A program made the position numbers and the translations under genes. A stretch of 64,000 nucleotides of DNA from Flaccisagitta enflata (Eukaryota), in NCBI GenBank assembly GCA_965153355.1, contig OZ231126.1, forward strand, positions 14,880,001 to 14,944,000, in the 5' to 3' direction. The notes under the pieces are model-generated. The model was not told the DNA's origin and ran no database searches. It saw nothing but the letters and a program-made list of their open reading frames with translations. Below are positions 14,122 to 29,300 of this stretch, one piece after another (the stretch's first letter is position 1; each line of letters begins with the position of its first letter).

Positions 14122-14680
14122 TTTTTAGTCGCATGTTACAGGACTCTACACCCCGCTTTGTCGGTTGGTCCGTCCGTCCATCCGTCTTGCCTTCCGTCTG
14201 TCCATCTGTCCATCCATCCATCCGTCTGTCAGGGTTCGACAAAAATTTTTGCTGCCTACAAGCAACATTTTCTTACCAGCTTCTGCCTACAAAATTTTTA
14301 CGAATATCTTTATTGTATGATATCCTAAAAATGGATCATATATCTAACTGTGCAATCAAATCAAACAAAATCTTTTCAAATCCTTTTTAAGCAAGGACAC
14401 TTTTTGCTTTCCAAATCTTTTCAGTTTCTTTTTTTTTTCTTTTTTTTTATCATGTTTTTAAAAATATTGTTTCAGTCTTCCAAGCTACAAAATCAGCCAG
14501 CTGCCTACAAGCAATGCTTTCGTGCTTTGGCACTTTGTCGTACCCTGCCGTCTGTCGCTCCGTCCATCACGCTTTACTTTTTTGGGGGTTTTGCGGTTTT
14601 TGACCTCACTGCTCCTGCCCAAATGATCTGATGACCTCAATTAAGGCCCCTGCCCACCCTCACGCGACTGGGGTAGCTGA
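14122..14680 (+). mobile_element. Helentron-associated/DINE-1-like element interrupted by a hAT MITE
   Basis: ttttagtcgc start, GTCC tract, 3' cacgcgactggggtagc. Confidence 0.65.
14230..14547. mobile_element. hAT-type MITE
   Basis: TIRs cagggttcgacaaa / tttgtcgtaccctg. Perfect 8-bp TSD ccgtctgt at 14222-14229 and 14548-14555. Confidence 0.85.
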
Positions 14681-14859
14681 TTTCCTCAGTCATTGAGAAA
14701 AAGTGTCCTCGCAAGTGTGAATTTCAAATCAAGATTCAATTATATAGCTGTAAATACAGCTTTAAAAATGGCTGGCGACATGATTTAATTGATTTTACAT
14801 AGAGATTAAGACGGCATTCTCCGAAGGCAACATTTGTGTTTCAACGGGAGCCAAACTTA

Positions 14860-15330
14860 TAAGACCAAGATAAATAAAATGACTTAAATAATTTGAATTG
14901 ACTTAAAATGACCTAAAATGACTCAAAATGACCTTATATGACTTAAAATGACCTAGTTAACTTAAAATGAGTTAGTTGGAATAAAACAAATAAAAAAAAT
15001 ATATTGTGACCGACCAACTGACTGACCAACCAACCGACTGACTGACCGACTGACAAAGGGTTGGTAGAGTCGCGTACATCGCGACTAAAATGATTGAAAC
15101 TAAATGATTAAACTAAAACAATCATTAAGACACCGGGTGACATAAACAAGGCCGGATACAAGGCAACCGAAGTCGCGTGCGGGTGGGAAGGGGCCATATT
15201 TGAGGTCACCAGATCATTTGGGCAGGGACAGTGAGGTCCAAGAAATAAAATCATAAAAAAGTAAAGTGTGTGACCGACCGACCGACCGACGGATAAAGCG
15301 GGTTGTAGAGTCGCGTGCACGCGACTAAAA
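14860..15330 (-). mobile_element. two adjacent Helentron-associated/DINE-1-like elements (14860-15090 with 10-bp array; 15145-15330 complete)
   Basis: agtcgcgtgcacgcgactaaaa ends, (GACC/GACT)n tracts, aaaatgactt repeats, aacaaggccggatac end. Confidence 0.7.
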
Positions 15331-15419
15331 AGGGAGCTCTGTATCTGAATAAAAGAAAAACTGTATTATCATTGTTTATTATGTGAATATTTGAAATGAT
15401 GAATCTCTGAATTTGTATA

Positions 15420-15769
15420 CCGCATTTTTTCCATTTATCGCCCCCTCCCCTCCAATTAACACCCTCCCTCTTTTTGCTTCCAAGAACAAAGATTTGAGGG
15501 AAGATGAAAAAGTAAATAATTGTTGAAAGAGGAATAATTTTGCTTATTTCAGTGTTTTTTTATCAGTGCTTGATTAGAAAACAAGTAAGAAATGTTACTC
15601 TCACAATTTAATCTCACATTTCTGATATTCTAAATAGCATTCATTGTAAAAAATGTAAGAAAAGAGAATGCTTATAAATCAAAGGGGGCGCTAATTGGAG
15701 GGTAAAATGACAATATTTCTTTCCAATTAATTTCAAAAGCGCCCGGGGCGCTAATTAAAAAAAATACGG
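15420..15769. mobile_element. TA-flanked pogo/Tc-like MITE; partial relative at about 30821-31085
   Basis: ta-ccgcattttttcc ... aaaaaaatacgg-ta with internal aattagcgcc repeats. Confidence 0.65.
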
Positions 15770-15981
15770 TATATGATTAAAATGTACAAATTCAAATTAT
15801 GTATGATAAATCAAAATGATTTTTTCTCAGCATTATAGCCTTTTTATAACCAAAAGTGATAATTGCTTATTATCACTGTTTTAGATGTCATTTTGTTTTT
15901 TGTTTTTATACTTTCCTAAGACCCACTTTTATTGAACTATCTTCATTCAAAAGTAAATTTTGTCAAAATCAATGATTTTTA

Positions 15982-16393
15982 CAGGTCAGAGCGTAATTGA
16001 ACGCGAGGCCCCCCTTGAAAACTGTAGCAGACCCCCTACAGCCCAGTTTGTTGAAGCTGGGCGGTTGATTGAGGTATCATTTGAAAGCTTATGAGAATAC
16101 AAATGGCGCCATCAGAGCGTTTTTTAGTTTTGAGCCCTGACTAAAATTACAGCACTTTAAAGGTGTAAAAATTGAGTTTTTTTATTTTTTAAAAAGCTAA
16201 ACTTGATACTTTGAAGAGCTATATCTTGAGCTAGGGATGAAAAAAACCCTCTGATGGCGCCATATGTATTCTCATAAGCTTTCAAATGATACCTCAATCA
16301 TACCCCTAGCTTCAACCTACTGGGCTGTGGGGGGTCTGCTACAGTTATCTTTCCTGAAAGTGGTGGCCTCTCGTTCAAATACGCTCTGATCTG
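15982..16393. mobile_element. TA-flanked palindromic MITE (Tc1/mariner-like)
   Basis: ta-caggtcagagcgt ... acgctctgatctg-ta, with about 135-bp inverted arms. Confidence 0.8.
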
Positions 16394-17787
16394 TAATCAA
16401 ATCTAAGCAAAATTCTTTAAGTGGTCCCTAATTCAATTGAGTTTTTAAAAGATAAAATGAAAAATATTGATCCTTATAAGAAATGTTCATAATGGAACAT
16501 GAAGGCCATGATCCTATCTAGGTAGCTAAAATTTTCTTTTTTACCTAGGAAAAATTCTAAAAGTAAGATTAAAAAAATTAAAAGCTATCTTTTTAAAGAC
16601 CACCCAAAATTAAAAGCTATCTTTTTAAAGACCACCTGTTATAATATGTTCAATATTTCTTTGCATAACTTGCATTCAAGCATAAAATAGAATCAAATAT
16701 AGCTGAAATTAATAAAGAGCACATAATGCAAATTCTTGAAAATTTTATTTTTGGTAACAGACAAGGAGTCTGTTGAAATTAAGGAGTCTGTTGAAATTGC
16801 ATGGAAAATGAAAAAATGAGTAAAGAAAAGACATAGTTCTCTTCTAAAATCGATTTTGTAGAGAACTGTTTTTGAAAATGCAAAATTTCTTTTCATTTGA
16901 GAGTTTAAGAATTTCAACAGTATTTTCGACTCTCTAGCAATCTGACTGGTGCCAGCGTGTCAGCCAGTATCAAATTTAGTCACCTGTTAGGGTTTGTCTG
17001 TGCGCGTGCACATATTAACACATTTTGAAACTCGATATGGCCCAATTTTTTCGAGGAAAAAAAAGTGCCAGAAAACGATGGGCGGATTCCACTCCGTTCG
17101 GATACAAAGAGGCCATGAAAATTATCCAAAGTGTCATTTATGTTTCTAATTATTAAAATACATGTAATTACGAGTCAATCCATGTGCGCAAACGATTTTT
17201 TGACCATTTTAGCCGTTTTCGATTGAGTACCCTAAATTAAGAGTTCGAATTCTTACTGTTAGCGTAGCAGTCGTTAAATGTTAAGCACGTTATGATAAAC
17301 AATACGAAGAAACCAAACAGGGACTGCATTTTTCCAATTCTGCAAAAACAAGGGAGAAACGGAATTTCCGAGATCTTTGTTCAAAAACTATTATAACCAG
17401 TGAAGAAGTCGTTTGTAGTTGATTCGGGACGGTAATTCTATAATCTCTTGTTTCGGGCGACATTCCGTTCAGAAAGTGACCCAACGACGTGATCACATGA
17501 TGTATATGATAGGTTGATGACGTTGATTATCATAAGATGACTTGCGATAACGTCGAAGAGTTTGGATGATGATTTTAATGATGATGAAGCAAAATGAAAA
17601 AAGTATTTCATCTTACCAATTTTAACTTTTTGATAACGAGAACCGATGAAAATTTGGGTTTTTGATTGAGAGGTATTTGTGGATAAACATCTCCGGTAAA
17701 AACAATTACTTTGATATTGTTTATTCGAGTTTTAATTGAGTTTTCACTGAAGAGCGATTAATCACTTGAACAACGCTATGTTATACC

Positions 17788-18684
<897 letters not shown>

Positions 18685-18876
18685 GTTATACCACGCCCCT
18701 TTCAAAAGTCAAGCTTTACCTATATTCTGTTCGAGAAACTATGTAACAGTCAAATGCTTATCACTCTGAGAGTACCTCAATCCTCATATCTTTATAGCAA
18801 TAAAGGCCAGATACACGGTCTTCCAGTCGCGGTAGGTTGGGCAGTGGTATCTAGATAGGTAGTAATGGCTAATATA

Positions 18877-19619
18877 CAGGGAACACCTCGCAAAGTGACA
18901 CCAAAGAAAACATCATATTTCCGCTTCTAGAAATGATAATCCGATTCTGAAAAAAGTTCCAGAGAGCGCTTTTAAACCGATTTTACAAAGTAAATGAGCA
19001 CAAACTCTGACTGTACTGTAGCATTGAAAGAAACTTTAAAGTTGGCGAGGCATGCATTTCCTAGTTTTGGGGTTTTGGAGTGGTCATGCTAATTTTGGTG
19101 ATATTTCTAAGCCTGTTGAGCCAAAACCCCGGGGTTGGGCAGGAATCGAAGATATTTTGAAGTAAATAATGAATACATAAAATGACCAAGCTGCAAATCT
19201 ATGTATAATCAAAAATTAGCCTATCAAAGGCCAAAAACAAACATTTTGGTCTAGAAATTTGTAAAAATGTAATAATTTGATATAGAACATGATAAACTCA
19301 AAACATTTCAGATACTAAATCTTTATCAAAATATATTCAATTTGGAACCGCTTCCAGCAGTTTGGCACAATTTGTTGATAAATCGCAGTGAGAGAAAATG
19401 CAACCCTCAATAGTTTTCTTAAGAAAACAGCGATTTTGTTAAAAAAATTGAGGATATTTCACCAAATTCCCTGTAGGTTTTTTTTTCAAAACCCTTTTTT
19501 TTGGTCTAAAACAAACAAATGGTTTAATCTTCCAGGAACTTTTTTTCAGAATTGGATTATCATTTCTAGAAGCAGAAATATGACGTTTTCTTTGGTGTCA
19601 CTTTGCGGGGTATTCCCTG
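18877..19619. mobile_element. TA-flanked Tc1/mariner-type MITE
   Basis: ta-cagggaacacc ... tattccctg-ta, with about 85-bp TIRs. Confidence 0.8.
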
Positions 19620-20125
19620 TAATACCGAAATCAAAAATACTACAGAGCAATCGACTAACGGAACAGAACACATGTACAGCTTCGCATGTGCGCGACTGAA
19701 AAGCTTCCTCGTGAGTTGTGACTGTATCTTTGCTAGATATCAAGGAAAGCTACTGTGCCTGTGATCAGCCCTGCTGCCAGAGAAATTCCATTTCGTGGAA
19801 TGATAAAAAAGGCAATATTCGTTTTGACATGTTTTTTCTTGACTACTTGTCCAACATTCAGTCCCTGAGATAATGACAATTATTTGGATAAAAAAGCGTC
19901 ATCCTCATAGATTCCACTAAAAACGCTTAATAATTTGAACTGGTCATCTTTCGGCACAAAAGTGAATAAGAATAGAATAAGAATAAGAATAGAATAAGAA
20001 TAAAAATTGTATAAGTTGACAAAGCTTTCAAAGGTTTAACCGAAAATTGAAAAAAATTGAAAACAAGTAATACAATAGAAAAGGTAACTTTTTAAGCACC
20101 GAAATTAGCATTGAAAAAAATTGTT

Positions 20126-20181
<56 letters not shown>

Positions 20182-20196
20182 CGACAATCTGTTTCT

Positions 20197-20250
<54 letters not shown>

Positions 20251-20254
<4 letters not shown>

Positions 20255-20465
20255 AAAGAAACATTTGCCGTTTGTAACTTGTAGTAATGTTCTCTGGCTG
20301 CGATGAGTTGGGCGTGACTTCCGGATTCCACGATGGCGCCGTCTTTCAAGACGACGATGACGTCGGCGTCCCGAATCGTGGACAATCGATGAGCCACGAC
20401 GACGCACGTGCGACCTGATTGCGCCGCGTCCAACGCCGCCTGAACAACGCCCTCGCTCGCGTTGT
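20251..20465 (-). CDS. ABCB1/MDR-like transporter, terminal exon (D-loop end, H-loop, stop)
   Basis: acag|AC completes D. Reads [54 protein letters not shown]...YYKL then TAA. Confidence 0.92.
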
Positions 20466-20518
20466 CTGTCGGTATGGGTGTCGGTAAAGGAGGTCGTGGT
20501 TGAGCGTTCATGAACCAT

Positions 20519-20712
<194 letters not shown>

Positions 20713-20787
20713 GCTACCGTGCTCAATTTTGTCGATGATTTAAAAGAAATATTCATATTATCCTCTTTCTCCATCTGCTCTTCTTTT

Positions 20788-21366
20788 TTGAGCAGCGGCC
20801 CCGAAAAGGACGATGTCCTGTAGAACACATGTGACTGTCGCTTGAGCCCGGTGTTCTCCGTCTGCCTTTCCCCAAGGGCTCGGGGCTCAAATCCCAGCCT
20901 CCAGGCTCAAATCCTAGCCTCCAGGCTCAAATCCCATACTCAAGGCTTAAATTCAGCCTTGAGGCTCAAATCCCAGCTCCAAGGCTCAAATCCTAGCCTC
21001 ATGGCTCCAACTCCCAGCCTTGAGACTCAAATTCCAGCCTTGAAACTAAAATTCCAGCCTTGAGGCTAAAATCCCAGCCTCAAGGCTCAATTTCAGCCTG
21101 GAGTCTAGAATCTCAACATTGAGGCTGGAGTCCCATCCTCAAGGCTTTAATCCCCGCCTCAAGGCTTAAATCCCAGTCTCAAGGCTTAAATCTCAGCCTT
21201 GAGGCTCAAATCCCAGCTTCAACAAACAAACGAACGAATGAAAGTCCCCCTGTGATCTTCAGGACATTGTCCCCTTCGGGGCCGCTAACCATCACCTACA
21301 GTCACAAACTTACAAAGCAGGGCAACGGGTATCGCTGACCATATATTGCCCTTGGGCGACCTGTTT
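20788..21366 (+). mobile_element. non-autonomous element with subterminal inverted repeats and central 20-bp array (Helentron-associated-like), intronic
   Basis: agcggccccgaa...gtcctg / caggac...ttcggggccgct flank (gaggctcaaatcccagcctt)n. 3' tail with agggcaa/ttgccct hairpin. Confidence 0.6.
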
Positions 21367-21416
21367 TCTGCTACTTCTGCTTTCTGTTCTTCTCCTTTTC
21401 TCATCTTGACAACCTA

Positions 21417-23912
<2,496 letters not shown>

Positions 23913-24075
23913 AGGCATATCAATGATTGATTTGCCTATGTCTAACCACGTTGACTTTGTTGCAAACGTGTCAGGTGATCTACGGTACCCGATACTTCTG
24001 TGAGACTCAATGTCAGTTTGTGAAGATGGTGAGACAACGGACCATAAGCTTTTTGAAAAGGGTGGATGAGCAAAC

Positions 24076-24175
24076 CTGCGAAACGAGGCCGACTTCGGAT
24101 CGGAACCATTGCAAATTTAAGTCAATTAAGTCGAAACCATCGATGCTGACCTTTCCAATCGTTGGATCGTAAAAC
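24076..24175 (-). CDS. ABCB1/MDR (P-glycoprotein)-like ABC transporter, NBD exon (Q-loop region)
   Basis: ttcag|G TTT TAC GAT CCA ... TCG CAG|gtttg translates as (R)FYDPTIGKVSIDGFDLIDLNLQWFRSEVGLVSQ. Absent from the ORF track; phase 0 joins the next exon. Confidence 0.88.
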
Positions 24176-24236
24176 CTGAAACGTTTTTAGCATCCAATCA
24201 TCAGAGAGAGAGAGCGAGAGCGAGAGCGAGAGCGAG

Positions 24237-24338
<102 letters not shown>

Positions 24339-25099
24339 GATCAAGTTTGCTAATAAGTAATATGGTAAACTAGCGTTAGCAAATAACGATAGCCTGAGCT
24401 GATAGACTCCTTAATAATGTGGAACCATATTTTTCGCAAATTTTCTTTTTTTTTCTTTTTCCCACTTTGATTTCCTTCCCCACTGCCAAACCCTTTGAAA
24501 ACTCAATTATATAGGCTACAGGCCTGCTTTTTTAGCAAAGAGAATCATAGATTAAATCATGCAAGCTTCTTGAACAATGAAATTGAACAATGAGGTGTAA
24601 ATTTTGTTTTGGTCCGGGAAATGACGCTCTATATTTCTCAAACGCCCCGCCTCATTCATGAGGAAGAGATGAATAGTAGTTTGCGCATCGTAATCTAACT
24701 GCAAAAAGTTGATTTTATGCTTACCCGTCTTTTAATTTATTCTAATATCGGTTGAAAATGATGTGATCATGATCCATCATTTCTTACTACTCAACCCTTA
24801 AATTCACCTTTCTAGCACCTTGAATGATGGTTGAGAGCGTTTAACGCCTGATTTCTATCAAGCCCTGATGCGTAACGCGAAAAACTGACTCCACTGAATA
24901 GCTGCTAGTGATATGGGAACGTACACCCGCCAGGACGAATTGTTGAGATGAGCGGTCAAATTGTCCGCGAAATCAGTCTATTCGTGGAATCTTGATGGAC
25001 AGAGAAAGAGAAAAAGGTTAGGACTAACTCTGTACATCAATGAAGGATACTTCTGTAAATGCGCCAAAAAGGTAAAAGGTCAAGGACTTACACGGATGT

Positions 25100-25610
25100 T
25101 GTCTAACGGCTTCCAATCTAGGCGCAGGGCAGGGAAGTTTGGGAAAAAGCATCAAAATCGAGTCTTTAACTGAGATTGTGAAGTCGAATGTCAGTAAGAG
25201 AGTCAGTGAAGCTACTATTACTTAACCTAGGAATAAATAACAAATTTAATCAAAGCATCATGAGATTTGAAATTATTTGGCAGCAATGGAACAGCAATCA
25301 ATGAAATCGTCAAGCACAAATCTCGTTAGAGGGGTCAAGCCATTCTCCTCCAAGCAGTTGAGAGATACAGTCCATTAACCCTCAACCGGAAGTCAGCGCT
25401 TTCGGCGCGCGCGCGTTCCTCCTCTTCCTCCGTCGATCGAAGATCTCTCTCCTCCTTTCTCTCGATTTCTCCACTCTGGCAGTCGGGCAGACGCCATCTT
25501 GGAATCATCGACGGCGCAGAGAGCCTCCTCTTCTTCGGGATCCGCGGAGTCGACTGCATCCGATCGAGCGTTTCTTGGAGCCTGAATATGGTGGGGAATG
25601 AATAGTCACA
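25100..25610 (-). repeat. putative 3' LTR of the Bel/Pao element
   Basis: On the minus strand, aaatgggggac (PPT-like) is followed immediately by TGTGAC at 25610. The far end is uncertain (TCACA at 25177 or AACA at 25097), and there is no second LTR to confirm it. Confidence 0.55.
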
Positions 25611-26351
25611 GTCCCCCATTTGGAAATATTTGCCAAAAAAATTTCAAATCTCGTATCTAACTAGTTTCTTGTCAGGGAATACCGTTCTTTTTTAAATTTG
25701 TACAGGCTATGATAACATCCGGGGCTCTTCTCAAAAACAAAAATTTAAAATTACAAAGACACTATTATAAATAACGTGGATCTCGCGCGGATAAGACGAT
25801 CCAGAAAATGGGTTCTAGGAGCAGAGACACCTACCACCGTCGATCGTCCGGGCTATCGCTACGGTCTGGTTATGAATTGCTCCTCTTGCTCCATTCTGCA
25901 TCCAGTCTTCATGCTAAAAGGGAAAAATATACGGAACTAGATCCACGGGAATGATGGACTGAAATAAATAATTAGACTATACGCTAAGTGGCCTATACTA
26001 ATGTATACACTATACTATTCTACGTACCAACGCCTCGTAAGAATTGTCCACCACTCCAGCACGTGCGTCTCTGAAAGGTAAGTGGGAGGGGGGATTCCCC
26101 CACACCCGGAATGGGCATGGAGAAACGGATTTGGAGAGTTAGAACTGATTCTCATTCCTCAAATCATACGCTTAATATTCTAATTTGGTACAATTGACTC
26201 ATGAGCAATTCAAAACCCCCCCTACCCAGACACTACAGCTGAGGGTCGCAGGGGGCCCCGGGTGGGGACTTCTCCCCGACCGCCCCCGAGAAGCGAGGAC
26301 GGCCGGCCTGTCCGTCAACGTGGAAGCATCTCGAGAGTCGCCATTGGATGA

Positions 26352-29300
26352 TCAACCGCCAGCCTCCGCGACGACGCGGGAAACGCCGGCATGATACGCC
26401 GACACGGGAAGACGATGGCCGGGATCATACATTTGAGACCCTTCACTTCCGGCCTTACCCCTGCCGCCCTTGCCTCCACGATAGGATGGCGCGTCGTCTT
26501 TCCTACTGTGGCGTGGAGGGGGGTTTCTGCCGGAAGGTGGCGCGTGGTTGCTCGACGACGCGGAGTGGCGTTGAGTGCCGGACGTCGAAGGCATTTGTCC
26601 GTCGGACTGAGCGAACTCAGCGCGGACGCGGTCGGCATCCTTCTGCGCGTCGGATAGCAGCTGGGCCATCTGAGCAACCTTTGCGTCATGCTCACCAACA
26701 ACTTACATCCTAAAATTGTATTGTTCGATGAGCTTCCTCGCCAATCTGGCTCTATCCGCGGCGTGATCGGCAGCGTGGATCGCGCGATCCATCGGAGATG
26801 AGTTGGGATAGAATGCCGCCGGAAGAATGTCTACAACCTTTTTAATGTCCTTTGGCCGAGGATGATTTGGCAACTTGATGGCGATGGCCAACATCTTCTC
26901 GGTCAGAAGGTCTTCCGGCGATTGGGGAGGGCGATGTGAAGGAGAAGAAGCGGATGCAGTCGACGTTGACGACCTGTTGGACGTCGACGCATCCCCAGAC
27001 TTCCTTTTTGGACGACGATTTCTCTTCTTTTTGTTGGCGTTTTGCTCCTCTCGTCGCTGTTGGTCGTCGTTGACGGGAGGAGGAGGAGGTGGGGGCAGAT
27101 TTGCAGGCTGCCTCTGCGAAGACCCCCTTGGTTGGGTCCAACTCGTTGTCGTCGTCGTTTGAGTTGGGACACTGATTGGTGAAATGTCACGTGACCGCTG
27201 GCGAGGAGGAGGAGGAGGCCGGGGAGCAGGATCATGCGGCAATCTCGCAGGACCATCCATCACCGTCGATGACAACGATGTGATGCATCCGGCGGTCCAC
27301 CCCTGCTCACCCGACGTCTCTTTCTCTGCACTTCGAGTTTGTAGGATTGCTTCAGTTTTGGCTCGCTCATCGTCTCGGATGATGTTGTGGAGGATCCTGC
27401 GTCACGGGCGTCTGACGCTGATCGCTGCCACTTCCGGTCGAACGCGTGGCCTCCACGATCCGGCAAGCGGCTCCTTCACGTCGTCTTTTCCTCTGATTTG
27501 AGGCCTTTCCACGGGAAATATTCCTCAAAGTTCCATTTCCCATGTCCTGCTCCAATTGATCTGATGTTGATGATTTTACACAATTGAAGCATCTCGCGAG
27601 TTTCAACCGTCGCAATCTCTCCGTCCTCTTCGATTAATGCGTCTCTGGTGATTTGCGTCGGAACATATGCCCTTCGCTCGGCTTGTGGGTGAAGGGCATC
27701 TCTCTCCGCACGTAAGCGACGCTGCATGTCGTGGTACATTGCAGTGTGCTTCCACTCGATGAGGGCGTCGACTTGGGCGTTGCAGATCTTCACCACCTCG
27801 ACTGCTTGTTCCTGCGAGATGGAGGACAGGTCACTGATGTGCGGCGGGATCACCAGCGTCACAATAGGTGATGCTTGAAACGCTTGTGTTGTTTAGCTGC
27901 GGCCGGCGTTACTTGACGTCGACGACTCCACGACCGCCTGCGACGCTCAAGCGGCGGCGGCGGCAGAATTGGGGGAGCAAGAGGAGGAGCAGTAAGTACC
28001 CCTTGGGGGCCTGTAAGGGGCGGGTCGAGCAACCTCCCCGGGAGGAAGTCCCTCTCCCCTTCCGTCATGTTCGTGAGTGTCCATATCATCACCCTCACTG
28101 TCATCCTGAGTTTCGGAGGCCACCGCCACCGCCGCCGCCGCCGCTATCGCCAAAGTCCAAGTTGTTAGGTCATTAAATCTTTGTCGTTTACTTCCTTCTG
28201 CCCGCGTGGCGGCGGGGGCGTCCGTGGCTGGGACCCGACGCGAATCCCCCCATGAGCGCTTCCACTCCCGAAACTGCCGTATCGTAGCTTTCGTTGGCAG
28301 CTTGATTTCTTCTCGCCTTTCTTGCCGCCCGGAGTGCATCGGCGGCGTGACGACGCGCTTCACTGGCGGCGCGCTTGTCGGCGAAGGCGTTGGCATCGAA
28401 CGCGTTGAGGGCCCGAGCAGGAATAGGGTCCGTAACGGTCCACGCACTGGAAGACGAGCTGTTGAAGAGATGGCTGACCCTGTCGATGACGTCATCAGCT
28501 CCTCCAACAGCAGACTGTTGCAACCCGCGAAGCCGACGTTGTTCTCTGAGGGACGCTGCCCTCGACTCCTGCTCCTGCCTCCTCTTCTTCTCCGGTCGTT
28601 CTTCTCTGGAGCCAGGGCCACGGGCGTTTTAGAGAGTTTGAGAGCTCTCGGAGAGTTTGAGAGTCTCGGAAAACTCTGCACTCAAAGAGACTCCTCTTAG
28701 CTCACTCCTCTCTGAGAGCTCTCGTTGAAGGAGGCTTTGAGAGTACTTACAAAACCATGTTTCTGCATTGCTATGGTTGCACAAAACCATGTGCTTTTTA
28801 GTTGCGCGCTACGCGACTCTACACCCTGCTTTGTCTGTCTGTTGTTCCGTTGGTGCATCAGTCTGTCCGTCCATCGGTCAGTTGGTCCATCACACTTGAT
28901 TTATTTGGGTTTATGCGTTCTTTTGCCTCTCATGTGAATGTTAAAGCTACAATAAATCAAGCAAGTGATGATTTGATTTTTTTAAAAATTACATAGTCAT
29001 TTATATTAGGGATAGAAATAAGATCTATTAACATCAAAATATAAAGTATGGTATATCTGTCTGTCTGTCAGTTTGTCTGTGCATATGTTTATCTTTTCTG
29101 ACTACCATTAATTGATTCTTTAGGTTGGGTTTTTTTTTTGGCAGCAGCCTCGAAGGGGACTAAGTCCTGTAGAACACAAGGGGACTTTTGTTCGTTTGTG
29201 CGTGTGTGCGTGCGTGCGTCCCACCTTAGGCCCTTTTGGGCAGGGGTTGTATTTTAGGTCAACGGACCAAGGGATCAACAAAGCGGGGTGTAGAGTAGCG